A DNA stretch of 61,919 bases, counting the filler, from Choristocarpus tenellus KU-1152 (Eukaryota; Protista; Phaeophyceae): assembly GCA_964200185.2 (NCBI GenBank). It is 11 parts of 11 records of this genome, joined end to end, with 100 filler letters (N's around TTAATTAATTAA, not from the genome) between each part and the next. Parts side by side here need not be neighbours in the genome. Positions count along the whole stretch, not along the records: positions 6,873 to 18,950 come from CAXNAD020001989.1; positions 19,051 to 23,150 come from CAXNAD020016212.1; positions 23,251 to 25,841 come from CAXNAD020026477.1; 8 more parts are not named here. One strand, given 5' to 3'. The stretch's first letter is position 1. Each line of letters opens with the position of its first letter. A model generated the notes under the pieces. The model ran no database searches, was not told where the DNA came from, and worked only from the letters and a program-made list of their open reading frames with translations. A program made the translations under genes and the position numbers. This document shows, piece after piece, positions 10,901 through 24,331 of the stretch.

Positions 10901-13900
10901 TGCGCTAAGTCCAATAGACTCATTAGGTTGGTCTGGCTGGTTTGCGTGCTTACTGTCTACATCATGTTGAAATATGAAGTCACGTATGCGCTCTATTGAT
11001 TGTAGCTTGAAGTTGTCACGATTGTACTACTTCGAACTGTGGAAGTGAAAACAAGAATGTGCCTTAAGCCCTCATTGAATTTCTGTACTTCATCCTTGAA
11101 AAAGACATGCACTCGAAGGCAGTCAGCAGGGCACGTGCAAAATTGTCAATTTTTTGTGTTATTTTGTGCTACTTGATGTGTAATGAATGTTCTGTTGTCT
11201 TCCCCACCACACCATCTGTACAGCATCAGATGGTATCATATAGTGTACTTTTTACTACAATAGTCAAAAGTACATACTTGTATGAAATATGAATATGAAT
11301 GATTAAATGTGAAAAACAGGGACATGACTTATGTACACATGTGGCACACAATGGCCTCAGCGTATACATATTGTGTGCTGCCATGCCCCTTTAATCTTGA
11401 AGAGGGGAAAAAAAAAAATATCGTAAAATATAATACGCATGAATCAATCCATATCATAAAAGAGATGAAAAAGTTCAGTTATTGATTGGATTGAGAGACA
11501 AGTGCTGGGCACTAGATGGTGCACAAAGTAAAACCTTCGAGCCTTATGAACTGTTTTGCAGAGGGGATATGATTAGAGACTGTGAGGGGTGTCCGGGGGA
11601 AGCAATAGTAAGCACCTGCTGCATAATTTGTTGTGAATAAGTGTTTGTCTCTGTTGTTTATTAAATCAGTGGAATGTAACTGTTGTGTAGGTATGATTGG
11701 TATTTGTAATTGTTGTTTTCCCCATGCCGACCAGCTGACATAAGGCCTGTCTCAAATAATGAATTAAAATGACATAGGAAAGTAATATCAAGATATCGTT
11801 GTATTTCCTGAGCTCCTCAATACTCTTGAATTCAACTAAGTGCTGAATGGGACGATGTGTGCTTTAACAAAGAATATATTGAAAGGTTACAGCTGTTACA
11901 GCCGTTGAATGAGTGGGATAGGGCTGTCCTGAATGAGGTGCAATAGTTAGTGCACCAATGGTACGATTGGGCACCTTGAATAGTATTGTGAGGAATTATC
12001 TGTAAGAATTATCTGTAAGATAATATGCGCCTAGATTTATACCAAAGCGAAGTGGGGTGTGTGAACTGTAGACATTTCATAGTAGGGTACTGTTTGGATG
12101 AATTGTGAGTACAGGAGACACCAGTACTGTGGAGCTGCACAGACAGATCCCCATAGGTTCCTAGTTAAATTCCTTTGTAGGCCAAGTATCATGAGAAGGT
12201 TAGCATGTATGTATTGTGTATAAAATATTCGTCATGATTGAAAAAGAAGGTATTCTGCTGGGAAGGTCTTCTGCTGCAAGTGAACTTGTGAGCACCACTC
12301 TTGAGAAATCTGTGATTCAATGGCAATAGGCAGGGACCAATGCAAAGAGTCAGTCAGGATAATCAAACGCTTTGTTTTGGAGAAGCTTGTCGTTGTGATT
12401 ACCTCAAGCACAAGTCTCCTCTGTGAAAGAACCAAAAATGGTGAAAGCAGAGATGACACTAACGCCACATGGTGGTATGTATGTATAGTGAGCATACTGT
12501 TCACTGACTCCTTTGAAATAGTAACGTACTGTCTCATTGTAGACAGTTACTGTTATTCAGTTACCCACCGTGAAGATAAACCCTAACCCTATACAACATA
12601 CCAGGAGTGCTTCTGCAAAGTCTCCAACAAGAACATCTGATCCTTTCTCATGTGGTGAACAAATTTGAAGGTTTCTGGCGATGAAGAACTGAGAAGTAAA
12701 GGCTTGAGAAACGGTGCAAACCTATCTGGCGAAATGTTTTCACAGGTTTTGCGAAGTTTGTAAAATATATACACTGAGCAAGTCAAAAAGAGTCTGCAAA
12801 AATGGCCCAGATTAGGATTTGCTTAATTATTTCGCAAATGCAGCGAAGGAAGTCGATACCAAAATGAATCACAAACAGCTTGAGAAAGTGTCGGTTTGGT
12901 TGATTTACCATGAACATTTGGGAAATTAAGTATTTAACCACTTTCTATTCAATTTGTATGCCAAAAGCACCTTTCTCATGTGGTGTTAGAGCATTTTTCA
13001 CCTGCGATTGAATACCTTACATAGAAGGGACACACTAATATCTGAACACATGAACACATGAGCAACGAGACAATGAGCAGACACATGAAGTCCAGACCCA
13101 GTAGCGCCTAGTAGCGGTGACCAGATAGAATTGATAAGAGTGGCTCAAACTGTGTCCAATAGCTCTCACGGGTAGTGCAACCAAACATCCAAGAGTTTGA
13201 CCCAGTGGTGGTGGCATACAGATTGGCGAATTTATTAGGGAATTAGATAGGGACTGATTTGGGGTAGTGATATGACATGACCTGTACCACACTGCAAGTG
13301 ATGCATTCGTTCCATGTTACTGTCCTGCCAATCCCCTGTTTTTCAGATGATGGAAGGTGGAATTTTTTTGATTTTGTGTGCAGGCTCCCCGTAAAGCAAG
13401 CAAGCTATTATTTTCCCTGTAATAGAGAGACACTATGATACTTTCTACACTAGGTATAACACGGTACATGCGTGGGTGGTGTGGTAGGACCTTGGATTTT
13501 GCAGGGGTTGCTTTGTGATAATTGTGGAGTCGGAACTATCGTATCGTTCATTATGCCCACGATACTTGAGTCTAAAAAACACAAACATGCATATTATTTT
13601 TCTTGTCCATTTAAAAAAAGTATTTGTAACCTATGTCCCATAGCGCCCAAGTAAGAGCTGTATGCAATGTATATTGTTGTCCACAACGTAGGTCTGGAGT
13701 ATTGTATTCTTTATCACAATGGTGTTGGGCTATCCGATTTGCAGAAAGTGTCAGCTCGCTTTGGCTGATGTCCATGTTCGATTAGCGTTGGCATTCCTTT
13801 TTTTTTTGCAGATTTCATCCCTATTCCCAACAAGAGCAAACAGTGTAGGTTCCTAAGGTTTAAAGACAAGGCAGAAGGCGTGTGTCCCTACTCTGCATCA

Positions 13901-14527
13901 TTATTGGGTAGGCTTTCCCCCTCCCTATCACACGATCCATTAGCCTGCCCACAGGTCACAGAAAGTAGATTGGAGCGCTTATGTGCAACGGCTGTTCATG
14001 GAGGATGTAGAATGTGTCCCCTGCATGATGGGCCCAGTTCAAAGCAAACAACAGATTTTTGTGAAGTATGGTGTCGAAGAGGTTTGAAACTGCTGAATTA
14101 TTGTGGGTACCCGCAACCTTAACCACTGAGTCATGAAGATGCTCATCCATCATGTTATGAACTTAAGTTTTTCCTCATAGGTTGCTGCTTGACCCCATGA
14201 CAGCTTCCCAGAAATATTTGTGTGCGAATCCTTGATCATTTCCTAACCGCAGTCTTTGCTTACTGTGCTCATTTGGCATTCCCTATTCCAACTTAGCAAA
14301 ATTTCACCAATGGAACAGCAACTACGGGGGAGGGGGTTGGGGCTGAGGGGAGCAGTGATGGTGCAGCAGCAAGAGGTGGAGGTGATCCAAGTCAGGGAGG
14401 AAGCAGCAATGTTGGTGGAAATGTGCCTGGGCGAGTTATGAGTGCAGAGGAGTCGCAACAGGCATTCTTGTCAAAGCTATTACTCATTCTTGGTTCCTTT
14501 GTTGTCATGTGCCTTTTGCTGTTTTGA
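7948..14527 (+). CDS. RNF5: RNF5/RMA1-type ER-membrane RING (C3HC4) E3 ubiquitin ligase, complete; exons 7948-8134, 8667-8773, 9584-9687, 9947-10196, 14297-14527
   Basis: All introns are GT-AG and in phase. Protein contains [79 protein letters not shown] and the C-terminal TM segment [23 protein letters not shown]. Confidence 0.93.
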
Positions 14528-17179
14528 TGGATATCAGGTGTTTAGGTGTCTACAATTTCTGGGAGTGAGGTTTAGGGTGCAAGAAAGTGATTGTCCTATC
14601 ATTCCCTGATACTCTGGAACATGCCATTCCACCTAATATACTCATTCAAGTGTTGGCTTTGCCATAGCCAAAAGGCACCATCCTGTCCCGTTCATTTTCA
14701 TCTCTTGTGGAACAGGATATAATAGGCGGAAAAAACAACCCCCCCCCACCACGCACAGTGATTGTTATGTCATTTATAATGTGTAATTTGGTGTTCTTGC
14801 AAATCTGAGTAGAGTTTTTCATCATGGATGTGTTGTAGGAACTCAGAAGTTTTTCCAACATGATGTATAGCTGAGGGGGACAGTGCCTGCAACCTTTGCT
14901 TCCTTGTTACAAAGCTTTGGTCAATAATTTTACAGGCCTGTTGTGCTTTTTGTTTCTCATATGGTATACTTGATATCACACCAGTGTGAAGGTCTCAAGA
15001 GTGTCAAGTAAATTTTGTCCTTGAGACTGCATTAATTAGAGTTGGAAGGGCCTCAATACAAGGCTTGCTATGTAGATATAACACAGTGACAGAAGTGGCA
15101 AAAGAGACGCACTCTACTCTCCTACTCCCATCAATGCACTGATATCCCCTGCTGTAGCACCTTTGTTGCCCATAGCGGCAGTAGGAAAACCCCCCACTGT
15201 GATGTTGCACAATTACACCACACCCTGCCGTATGGTCAATGATTCAACTGTACCATCATTTAGTGACAGGAATGACAGGCGTATGTGATGGATCATCAAT
15301 CATTGCTAGATTCAATTGATGTACATCCTACTATTGACCACATAATTGTTTAACATACATCATTGGTTGTTGCCTTTGTGCTCCAACTCCCGACCGTGAT
15401 CTACTGAAGTTCTTGGGTTGGTGTTACTGGCACATTCAACAGTGGCTTCTCCCATTAACCACCTTGCTAAGTCTTCTATCTGCAAGTTTTCCAAACATGT
15501 TTTATTGTCTCTCATCTGCCATGCGTATAGCTTTCCATGCAATCAAGAGCCTCCTTTCTCCACAGTGACTTCAATACTGTTGTGCCAAGTCTTCACAATG
15601 ACTCTTGTAGTACAAAGTGTGATCGGTTCATTCCATTTGTGACCCCTTGCAGCACTGGAGGAATTTTTATGGTGATTGTGAAGGTTGGCATAGCAGACTT
15701 GGCAGAGTGTCTCCACAACTATATAACTGGACCTTTAGTATTCCAGCCTTGAGCATTCGTTCATGTTCTTCATATTGGCGACCTAACTATGGAAGATGTG
15801 GATTGGTGGTGTTCAGTACAGGAGAGTATCACTGACGCATTGCTTGATGCCATCCTTCTTCATCTCACTCCAGTGATGGGTGAAATTATTGAAAACTCAA
15901 ATCAACATAGTTCCCAATCACATCTGAGACTCGATACCTACAAGAACACCCTAAATGACCGAGGAGTTTGCCTTGGCATGTCTCGTATTCATTTGTGTCT
16001 ATAGTTCTGAGGGGGATTATTTCTATGGCAATACCCAACTTCTATGTTACTGCGAGGCATTTTTGTCCGTATTTATGTTCATAGTTCTTAGGGAGGGAGA
16101 GCCTTTCTGTGGCAGTACCCCATTGCTTTGTTCCATGTGATTTGTCTGTATTATTTGTGTAAATGGTTTTGAATGGCAGAGTCCTTTGATGGCAACACCC
16201 TATTTTGACATTAGTGTGAGACTCTGGTACAGGAGGTTTTGTCTTGAACGGTGAGTCAAATGCAGAGTGTCACACTAACATGTCTGTCATGAGGGCAAAT
16301 ATTGGAAGGGGGGTTTCCCTCCAGGTTTCTACATCCCCAACGGCACCTACTGATATGTTAGGACCTGGAAGTGAAGTGAAGTTCATTTCTGGTATATTCA
16401 TGATAGGATAAGGAGTCACATTTTATATCCTTGTCCAATCGCCTGTTCATTGCAATGAAGCAGTGGTGCTTCATGCTTGGGGGGCATGTCACATGTGATG
16501 GGTCTTATTGGTGGTTTCATAAACACCATTATGACCTGGAAGTCCTCGATATTAAAGAATGTGCATCTTGACCATTTTTTACTATTTTAGTCACGGTAAG
16601 GCGATACATTTGCCTTACCCTTTATGGCAGTCCTTTCTGTATACCCCAATTAAGGCAATGAAGTGAAAAATTAAAGCAAGGGATTCAACATATTTGTTTA
16701 TATTTCCGTCATGGAGCTCTATACGAGCCTTGTCTTCAGCCAACAGACTTGTGGATTGGAGCTACATTTCCCATAAGGTTGCAGAGCATTTGGTAACACT
16801 TTTCCGACCACAGATCTGGGATCCGTCAGATTAATGTGGCAAGAAATATGTAAACCAATAAAAATTCTCTTCTATGGTGGTTCCAATAGGTTATGCCTTT
16901 GGGTTTGTCCCTCCCATTATAGCTTTTGATGTAGACATCGGATTAAAAAAATTGCGTATCGTGATGCCTGTCACAAAGCCCTCCAGAGTAGGGACTTAGT
17001 GTTTTGTTTTTCGATTGTTTAATTTAAAAGAGCACTCATATTGGGTTCAAAGAATGGATTATAGGTCACCAAGAGTGGGAACAGATGTACTATTACTTGA
17101 TTAAAGTATACCTGGTTAGGCCTAACCCTAAACGCCAGCCAAATGAATGGCCACAGAATGAATTCTAAACGTAAATATA

Positions 17180-18330
17180 ACTCTCCATCTGCCACCAGGA
17201 ATTCCGAATGTGCTTGGTGCCTATGAGCCTTGTACCTCTTGAACTCCTTGTCGGCTTCTAGTCCAGTGGTAGCTGTCTTGAAGTAGGCAAGATGGTGTAT
17301 GTACGCCTTCTTACACTACTTCTGGACGAGCCAAACAGTCTGCCTATCCTCACCTAGTTTCATTCTCAAAGGAACATTTTTTCGGAGTCCATCCAAAGAA
17401 TAGGTACAATGCTGTCGTAGCCAGTGCTTTACTCGACCCCACACGACCTCAATGGGGTTAAGGTCACAGTGATACTTTGGGAGCATTAGGCATACTCCTC
17501 CGTCCCGTTCGACAAGAGCCTGAAGACTAGGAACTACCTCATTGAAGTCCCTCTGCTCTCCAAGCACATGCAACATGCTATTGCTTGGGTTATTTTTCTC
17601 TCCCTTCCCCTCGTCCTTCATCATTCCGGGTTCTTACAGCCCCCTTTCCCACAAAATTTCTCGAATGAATGCAGGCGGAGAGAAAGCCTTAATCGATTTT
17701 ATACGTCCAACCCTAAGTCCAGGAACAAAAGTGAATGTACATCATCCTGCAAGAAGTGGAAGACACCAAACCACCAACGTGCAAATAGTCTCAATCTCAC
17801 CTTATCTTCCCTGGCGTCCTCATCGATGGCTACCTCTTCGAAGTAACGGGTTTGGTGTTATCGAAAAGTTTCCACAGGTGCCTTTGTTACGATCACTTTC
17901 TCCTCTGCCTTGCGAGCCCTTTCGACCTTCTTTCGGGCTTCAGAGTCCTTGTACCCCAACCCTAACAGCTCCTTTCTCGTTTCCTTAAGCCACTCCGACT
18001 CTCATAGCTTCCAAACAGCTAGGGCCTGCTGCAACTGTCGACTGCTAAGATATTCTACACCCGGATTCTCGTTTAGGCGTTTCCTGAGCGCAATGGCATG
18101 CAGTCACACTGCTCTCCTCCCCAACCTTCCCTTCGGACAGTCACCCTGGTTCTCCTTTCGCGCGCCGTGACCAGGCTTCCCCACAGACTTCGTCCCTGTA
18201 CCACCTGGTGATGGACTTACCGCTCCCTTCCTGCTTTCCTGAGGCGGCAGAGACTGCGGAGCAGTGCTCGGCAGTGGTGGAAGAAACTATGTGTGCTCAC
18301 ACCCTGTCTGCAAATGGCGTTAAAAAGATG
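17180..18330 (-). pseudogene. IS630/Tc1/mariner-superfamily transposase remnant, internally deleted
   Basis: IREILWERGL*...LHVLGEQRDF...LQALVERDGGVCLMLPKYHCDLNPIEVVWGRVKHWLRQHCTYSLDGLRKNVP...FKRYKAHR matches the PKxHCELNPIExxW / KxYKSHR group of ITm DDE transposases. In-frame stops present. Confidence 0.8.
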
Positions 18331-19139
18331 TTCGCAAATCTTGCTTTTTTTTTCGGTATTGCCACTTGTTACTTACGAAGAGGCTTAACCCCGATCGGGT
18401 TTTTGGGGGGAATTCAGCCAACCACTTCATATTTTTTGTACCTTTTTGAGGTTGTCACCATCAAAATTGCACCGGAGATGTTCCTCCGTGTTTTGGTCAT
18501 TATTTGATCAGGACATACCTCCCGTTCACCGAAGTTTGTACATTCATGGATACAACCCTTCAATACCTCATAAACTTTCATTTGATAAGTAAATGTATAT
18601 ATTATATTGTTATGCCCTCTGACATTTTGCAAATGTGTCAGGTGGGAAACAAATGAAAACTACACATGTCAATATATTATGCCCTAAAGAAATAAAGTAT
18701 CGTAAATCTGAAAAATACTGTAAAACATTATAAACGTGAAAAGTGTGAAACAGGTGGAAACAGCCGACAGTTCATCTAAATGAAGGGGAGCGGGAAGACC
18801 CGCAGGAGGACAGATCAGAGAGAGACAAGGTCAACGAGGGAGATCAATCCCTCCGAAGTTAACTCAGGAAAAGAGTCAACAAGGAGGAAGAGTGAAGGAA
18901 GGAGGATTTGGAGGGCCCTCCAAATCACCCAATCTTCAACGTGCAAAAACNNNNNNNNNNNNNNNNNNNNNNNNNNNNNNNNNNNNNNNNNNNNTTAATT
19001 AATTAANNNNNNNNNNNNNNNNNNNNNNNNNNNNNNNNNNNNNNNNNNNNTAGCTCCCCCCCCGGGGGCACAGGAGTAGGTAGATGGGAAGATAAGGAAG
19101 ATACCAGTACTGATCGTTACTCACATTTACATCATTCTA

Positions 19140-19622
19140 TTATTATATCACACATTATCACTATGCGTTCTGATGTGTCAGGGGGGAAACATATGTCATA
19201 ATAATAAGATACAGATATAATAATAAAATACATGTCAGTATAAGCCCTAAAGAAAAAAAATATCATAAGTGTGAAAACACTATAAAACACAATAATAAAT
19301 GTGAAAAACACTATCTGTTACTTCACTGCTATCAATCTACCTACTCCTGCGTCCCAGAGGGAGGAGCTAGGGAGGCATCCCAAGAATCCAAGTAACTCCT
19401 CCGTGCCCATCTCCCTGGTGACTAGCTTAAAGCGCATGACACGTCTAGACAGTGCCACTCGCGTAGTCACCGAGACAATTTGGCGTAGCCGGGATTTGAC
19501 TATTCCTTTTCTGTTAAATCCTCCAGTTCCTCTCCCCCGCACTATGTGGGCAGCCAGCTCATCCAGGAAGCATTCCGCTTGCTTGTCGAGGCGCCCAAAA
19601 CTTTCCATCGCGAAGGTCACAC
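19140..19622 (-). mobile_element. 5'-truncated non-LTR retrotransposon (CRE/R2-like REL endonuclease C-terminus plus 3' UTR)
   Basis: TFAMESFGRLDKQAECFLDELAAHIVRG...RKGIVKSRLRQIVSVTTRVALSRRV is the REL-LINE C-terminal motif. It is followed by GGAGTAGGTAGATT and a 3' UTR that recurs at 18600-18750 and 19635-19840. Confidence 0.8.
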
Positions 19623-19899
19623 ATCATTCGATCTTATATTTTTACTATTATGCCTTCTGACATTTTACGGGTGTGTCAAGGGGGAAACCAATTAAAACTA
19701 TACACATGTCAGTATAAGACCTACTAAGGAAACAAAATGTCATAAATGTGAAAGACACTAATCTATTTGTTGTTTCACCACTGTGTTGTACTACTGCCTT
19801 CCGGAATCTCCAATCTACCTTTACCTGTACCCTGGGGGGATATTTCTGTTATAATGCCCTCTGGCATTTTGTAGATTTGTACCTTATCATAGGGGGTAA

Positions 19900-19980
19900 G
19901 AGCATCAAACAGTCGATTTCAAAAATTGAGGATGGAGCTTTTCATTGAGGATGGGCTTGACCCAAAATTGACTGGGATAA
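19900..19980. repeat. Dispersed repeat end, also at about 25700-25760
   Basis: AAAATTGAGGATGGAGCT...GAGGATGG is shared between two different contigs. Confidence 0.5.
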
Positions 19981-22900
19981 AGTGTCGATATGTTTTTTTG
20001 AGTATGAAATCGGCTTTTATCAGTAGTTGCTTGTAGAACCTTATTTTACATATTATTGTGCCTTAACATTTTGTATGTGTCAGAAGAAGAACTAAAGAAA
20101 AATATATTCATAACTGTAGAGTATAGTAAGTATGGAACAGTCGACATCTATCAAATATACAAGTGTAGTATCTGCCGTATGACTTGTCCCATAAATTGAC
20201 TAAAGTCTTACAGCGGTTGTTATGATATTGAATTGACTTTTTCCCGTTCACATCTCGAAAATGTGAGATATCACAAATATATATATTCAAGAAAAGGATC
20301 TCAAATTCGTCATCTAAGACTGTCAGAATTAGCCCTAACCCTGCGTCAATTTGCTCGTAAAAAATCAAAATATCTGTAGAGTCAATGGTGGAGAAGGGTG
20401 ACAGCAAAATTCAGGGTGACATCGGGCGGCATTTTCGATTTGTATATACACAATATTGAGTTCAGTATGTTAGAGATGGTACGGGTTTTGCCCTGTTTGT
20501 TTGGGACCTGAAATATTTTGGAGGTTCGTGACTTTTTAACTAATTATTTCGGTTTTGGTGTTTCCAGAGTAGATCGAATGTACGCGAATTTCGGTTTTGA
20601 AGTGTTTTTTTTATTTTTCTCTTTTCCAGAGCTGGTGAAATGCGGAAGAAATTATGGTGTTGAATATTTCCTTTGTGATTAATTAATGGATTAAGTGTGG
20701 TGGAGGTGTAAAATTTGAAATATTCACCGGTTGGCATTTTTGAAAGTGTCGCTATGTACAAAAAAACGATCCTAATACCGTCTCTGTTGCGCTCGTAAAA
20801 GCCTGAGCGTTTCTGTCTTGATTTACCATAAGGTACTGACCTAACCTGTCAGCCCAAGCTAACAGATACAAGATCCAAGACAGAAGGTTTCAAAGCTGGC
20901 GCACAAGAGGGCACTCTTCCTACAAGAAGACCAGAAGTATTGGGAGGAACTTGATACACCACCACCTCGTTGAAAAATCAGGGCTAACAATGGAGTAAAT
21001 TTGAGAAATACACAATAAAATAACTCTGATGTCAATACGCAATACCAGGATGTTATCTATAATATCTATAAACAACTTGAAATGTACGCCCTTCACATCA
21101 TCCTTTCCAACCTAGTTCAGCACAAAAGAGGAAAATATTTACAAAATACATGGGAACTAAAAATGTACTGGAAACAACACATATTGGAAACAACTTCACA
21201 TTTTAGAAACAATCTTCCTACCCCACCTGATCACACATTTGCCGATTCTAGACTTGTGGGTATTGGGATAACCCCGATCGAAACCCATGCCTCTACCTCT
21301 TAGGGTCCTGCACAGGGTATCATCGTTCCTACCTTGGCCCTACATTGTACAACGGCGAGCTACAATATCTCCTCACCTTTCCAGAATGCTACACAGAACC
21401 GTATTAATTCAGGTACTCACCATTCCTTGCACCTTGTGCCACAGATGGCGCAGAAGGATATCCCCGGCATGTATTTGTCTCGGTTGGCATTTGGCACTCT
21501 CAAACAATAATGTTAATCGAGAGTCAAGCTACTATTTTGCACCCCTGTTCGAACAAATTCTTACCAATGCAACTGAGGTTATCTCTCTCGATTTGACAAA
21601 AAGTAGGATTTGTAGGGAATCATCCTGGCAAACAATTGGTTTTGCAACCTGTGCCTCTCACAGTGGACATCATGGGGGTCCTTCAAGTCTTTTACGGTCG
21701 TATGGGGATAGGCATTTCCCTTCATCCAACCTTCCAACACAATAAATGTTGGTGATGAGAACTACAGGTTCCACACTCGCTCAAATCAACATAATCAGAG
21801 GGACGAAGGAAGGATTTTGATATGCGACTACATTTTTTTTGCTGTGCTCGCGCCTATTCCTCAGTTGAACATGTGGCGAAGGCGATCCTCTTTCATTCTT
21901 TTCATTGTGTCTCTTGCCACATCACCTTGAGTACATGACCTTGTTAGAGTTTCAGTAAGCCCTGAGCTACTGAGCAGGTAGTCAGCTTCACAAGGGTTCG
22001 GTGGCTCAGGAGGTTAATGTGTTTACTGGAGATGACTTTGTCGAATAACCTAGTGTTATCCTTACGTTATCTGTGCTCATCCAAGTAAACAACATAGCTT
22101 ATATGTACGTTGATCTTTAGTTTAGTACAATACAAGGTAGTAACGTACACAACGGTATGTTATGGTGAGTTAGTGGAACATTAGTGGCACAATAGCATCA
22201 AGTGGACAATACCCTACGGACAATAAATAATTCAGTGTGTGCTTTACCATGTAATTCAACTGCTAGCTTTCGGCGACGAGCCTTACGTGCGCCAAGCTTT
22301 TCAACCGATTTCCTATTCGGTAGGTTAGGGGTTGGTGAAACCGTAACATATTAGTGTTTGAAGATATGACATGAGTTAGACCACTTTTGATAAGATAACA
22401 AACCACACTGTTGGAGCCTGGGATCGAATTATTTGTCCTCTAATCGGTGTAAGGTTGGTTGTGGTGGAGGAGTGTCATGGTGCAATGAAGCACCAGTGAA
22501 TTCGGTCTGGTGAACCTAGTGGCATGCTTTTCACAGTCAGAGGTTATTTGATGTAGTGATGTTGGGTATTCCTTGGTACATTCGAAGAGATTCATGCTCT
22601 ATGTAGAGGCTTGTCACCTTGCGAAGAAAGGCTTTGCGGATGTTTTAAGGTTTGAATATATTGCATCGAGTTGTGTATCAGGTCCACTTAAGTGCACATT
22701 GAACTCCAGGTCTCAGTGGGGGCAAGGTCAACCAGAGAAAAATAATGATCAAAATACGAGATATAACTGATAGTTCTGATGTGAAGATAAATGAATTGTG
22801 AAGGTAAAGGGGGGATTTGCTGTATTTCGCATACACAATAATCAAGTGTTAAGTATTGAATGTTGGAACCTGAATCGAATGCATCGTACATGTAAGCAAA

Positions 22901-23250
22901 ATGCGTAGAATACTAGCGATGAGGAATCATGGTGTTGCAAAGCACCGATGAGTGATATGTGTAGTCTATGTTATGGATAGGTGTGATTGTGCTGCAAAGC
23001 AGTGATGTATTTATTCTGTTGTAACTGAGGTCATTGATCGCTCAGTCAAGAATGATGCGATGTGAATTCAGTATTCTTGGTTGCTCAATCAAGAATGATG
23101 TAGTGTAAATTCAGTGTTCTTTCATGTGATACTCAACGAAAGAAGTTCATNNNNNNNNNNNNNNNNNNNNNNNNNNNNNNNNNNNNNNNNNNNNTTAATT
23201 AATTAANNNNNNNNNNNNNNNNNNNNNNNNNNNNNNNNNNNNNNNNNNNN

Positions 23251-23304
23251 AAATGGACCCCCTGGTGTAGCCCCCCCCTCCCCCCCCCCCAGGTACTTTG
23301 AGTC
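23251..23304. mobile_element. MITE family 2 terminal fragment at contig start
   Basis: AAATGGACCCCCTGGTGTAG-polyC-AGGTACTTTGAGTC matches the end of 61653-61831. Confidence 0.7.
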
Positions 23305-23538
23305 ATTATGTCCCTTTCTCCACGAGTATACTAGACATTCTGAAGCCCCCATCGAAAGATCCGGTCAAAATATTTGATCTGATTTCGATTTCAGTTGTTA
23401 CCGTATGTGTTGCCAGGCAGAGCTTCATTCACGATGTCTGAGCAGACAGCGTTCAAACCTCCCATTCCTGGTTGAACCATCTTATTTCCCTCCCCCCATT
23501 CACTCACCCTCCCACTTGGCCCACAACATACGAATCAG

Positions 23539-24331
23539 GTGGAAATTTTGGTGATTGATGGGGAAGAGATTGGCACTACCGTAAACAACGTGACTGTATC
23601 TGCCACAGGGTTTGACAGCCGTACTACTTCCGGTTGTGCTGGCATGTGTCTCCCCTCCAACACAAGGGTGAGTCAGGGTATGAGTATGGAATCAAGTCGG
23701 CCTTCAAACCCAGATGTTGTGTTCTTGGAACCACTGCGATACAGAGTCAACAATACAACTTAATACACATGGACTAAATGCTTCTCCTTACAGGATGGGG
23801 AATATAAGGAAAATGCTAGCCGTTGGTCATGCTTGAATGCGAACGCTGAAGGGAGCCTGTGCAGCATCACATATGACTTCGCGGATCCAGTTGACCTCAA
23901 CAGTATTCTTATCTGTAAGTTCCCCATCTCTGTTGCCCAAAGTAATCGCCACCACATCAGTGTGTCAGGCGGATGTCGCCAACCAGTTTGGTGTATGTAT
24001 AAATTACCTGCACCATTATATATCTTCTACTGCAGTATGCAAACAAAAATGTATATGTGATTAACTAAGTCCTTGCTTATATGGCCCACTCCCTACCCTA
24101 TCATTATTGTTCATACCTCACGCAGCCTTATATCTGGGTGATGAACGAGTGCGTTCATTGGATGTGTACATCAATGGTGAGAGTGTCGGCATTTTCACTA
24201 GCTCCGGCACTACAGCTGGGCTGGAAGAGTACATTGTCAACCAGGCCTCTGTAAGCTCTGTGCAGCTTGTGGCGAATGACCTGGGGACTGGTTGGATCAG
24301 CATCAAGGAGACAATGTTCTATGTGAGCTGA
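23539..24331 (+). CDS. 3' exons of a brown-algal FirrV-1-B30-like protein (CBM32/discoidin-like beta-sandwich repeat); exons 23539-23667, 23794-23914, 24126-24331
   Basis: In-phase GT-AG exons give VTVSATGFDSR..GC...CLPSNTR-DG...SRWSC...CSITYDFADPVDL..I.ISLYLGDERVRSLDVYING...TSSGTTAGLEEY...WISIKE. This resembles the SRWSC / C-x-I-x-Y / YKGDER-x-R / SSGTT / WLSI-x-E repeat of brown algae and phaeoviruses. Confidence 0.75.

Noticed and set aside
14640-16140. Short ORFs downstream of RNF5
   Set aside because: No recognisable motif and no consistent splice chain.
21240-21760. Possible micro-exon gene or DRGY-type transposase on the minus strand
   Set aside because: The candidate introns are only about 25-37 nt and all frames carry stops; too degenerate to call.
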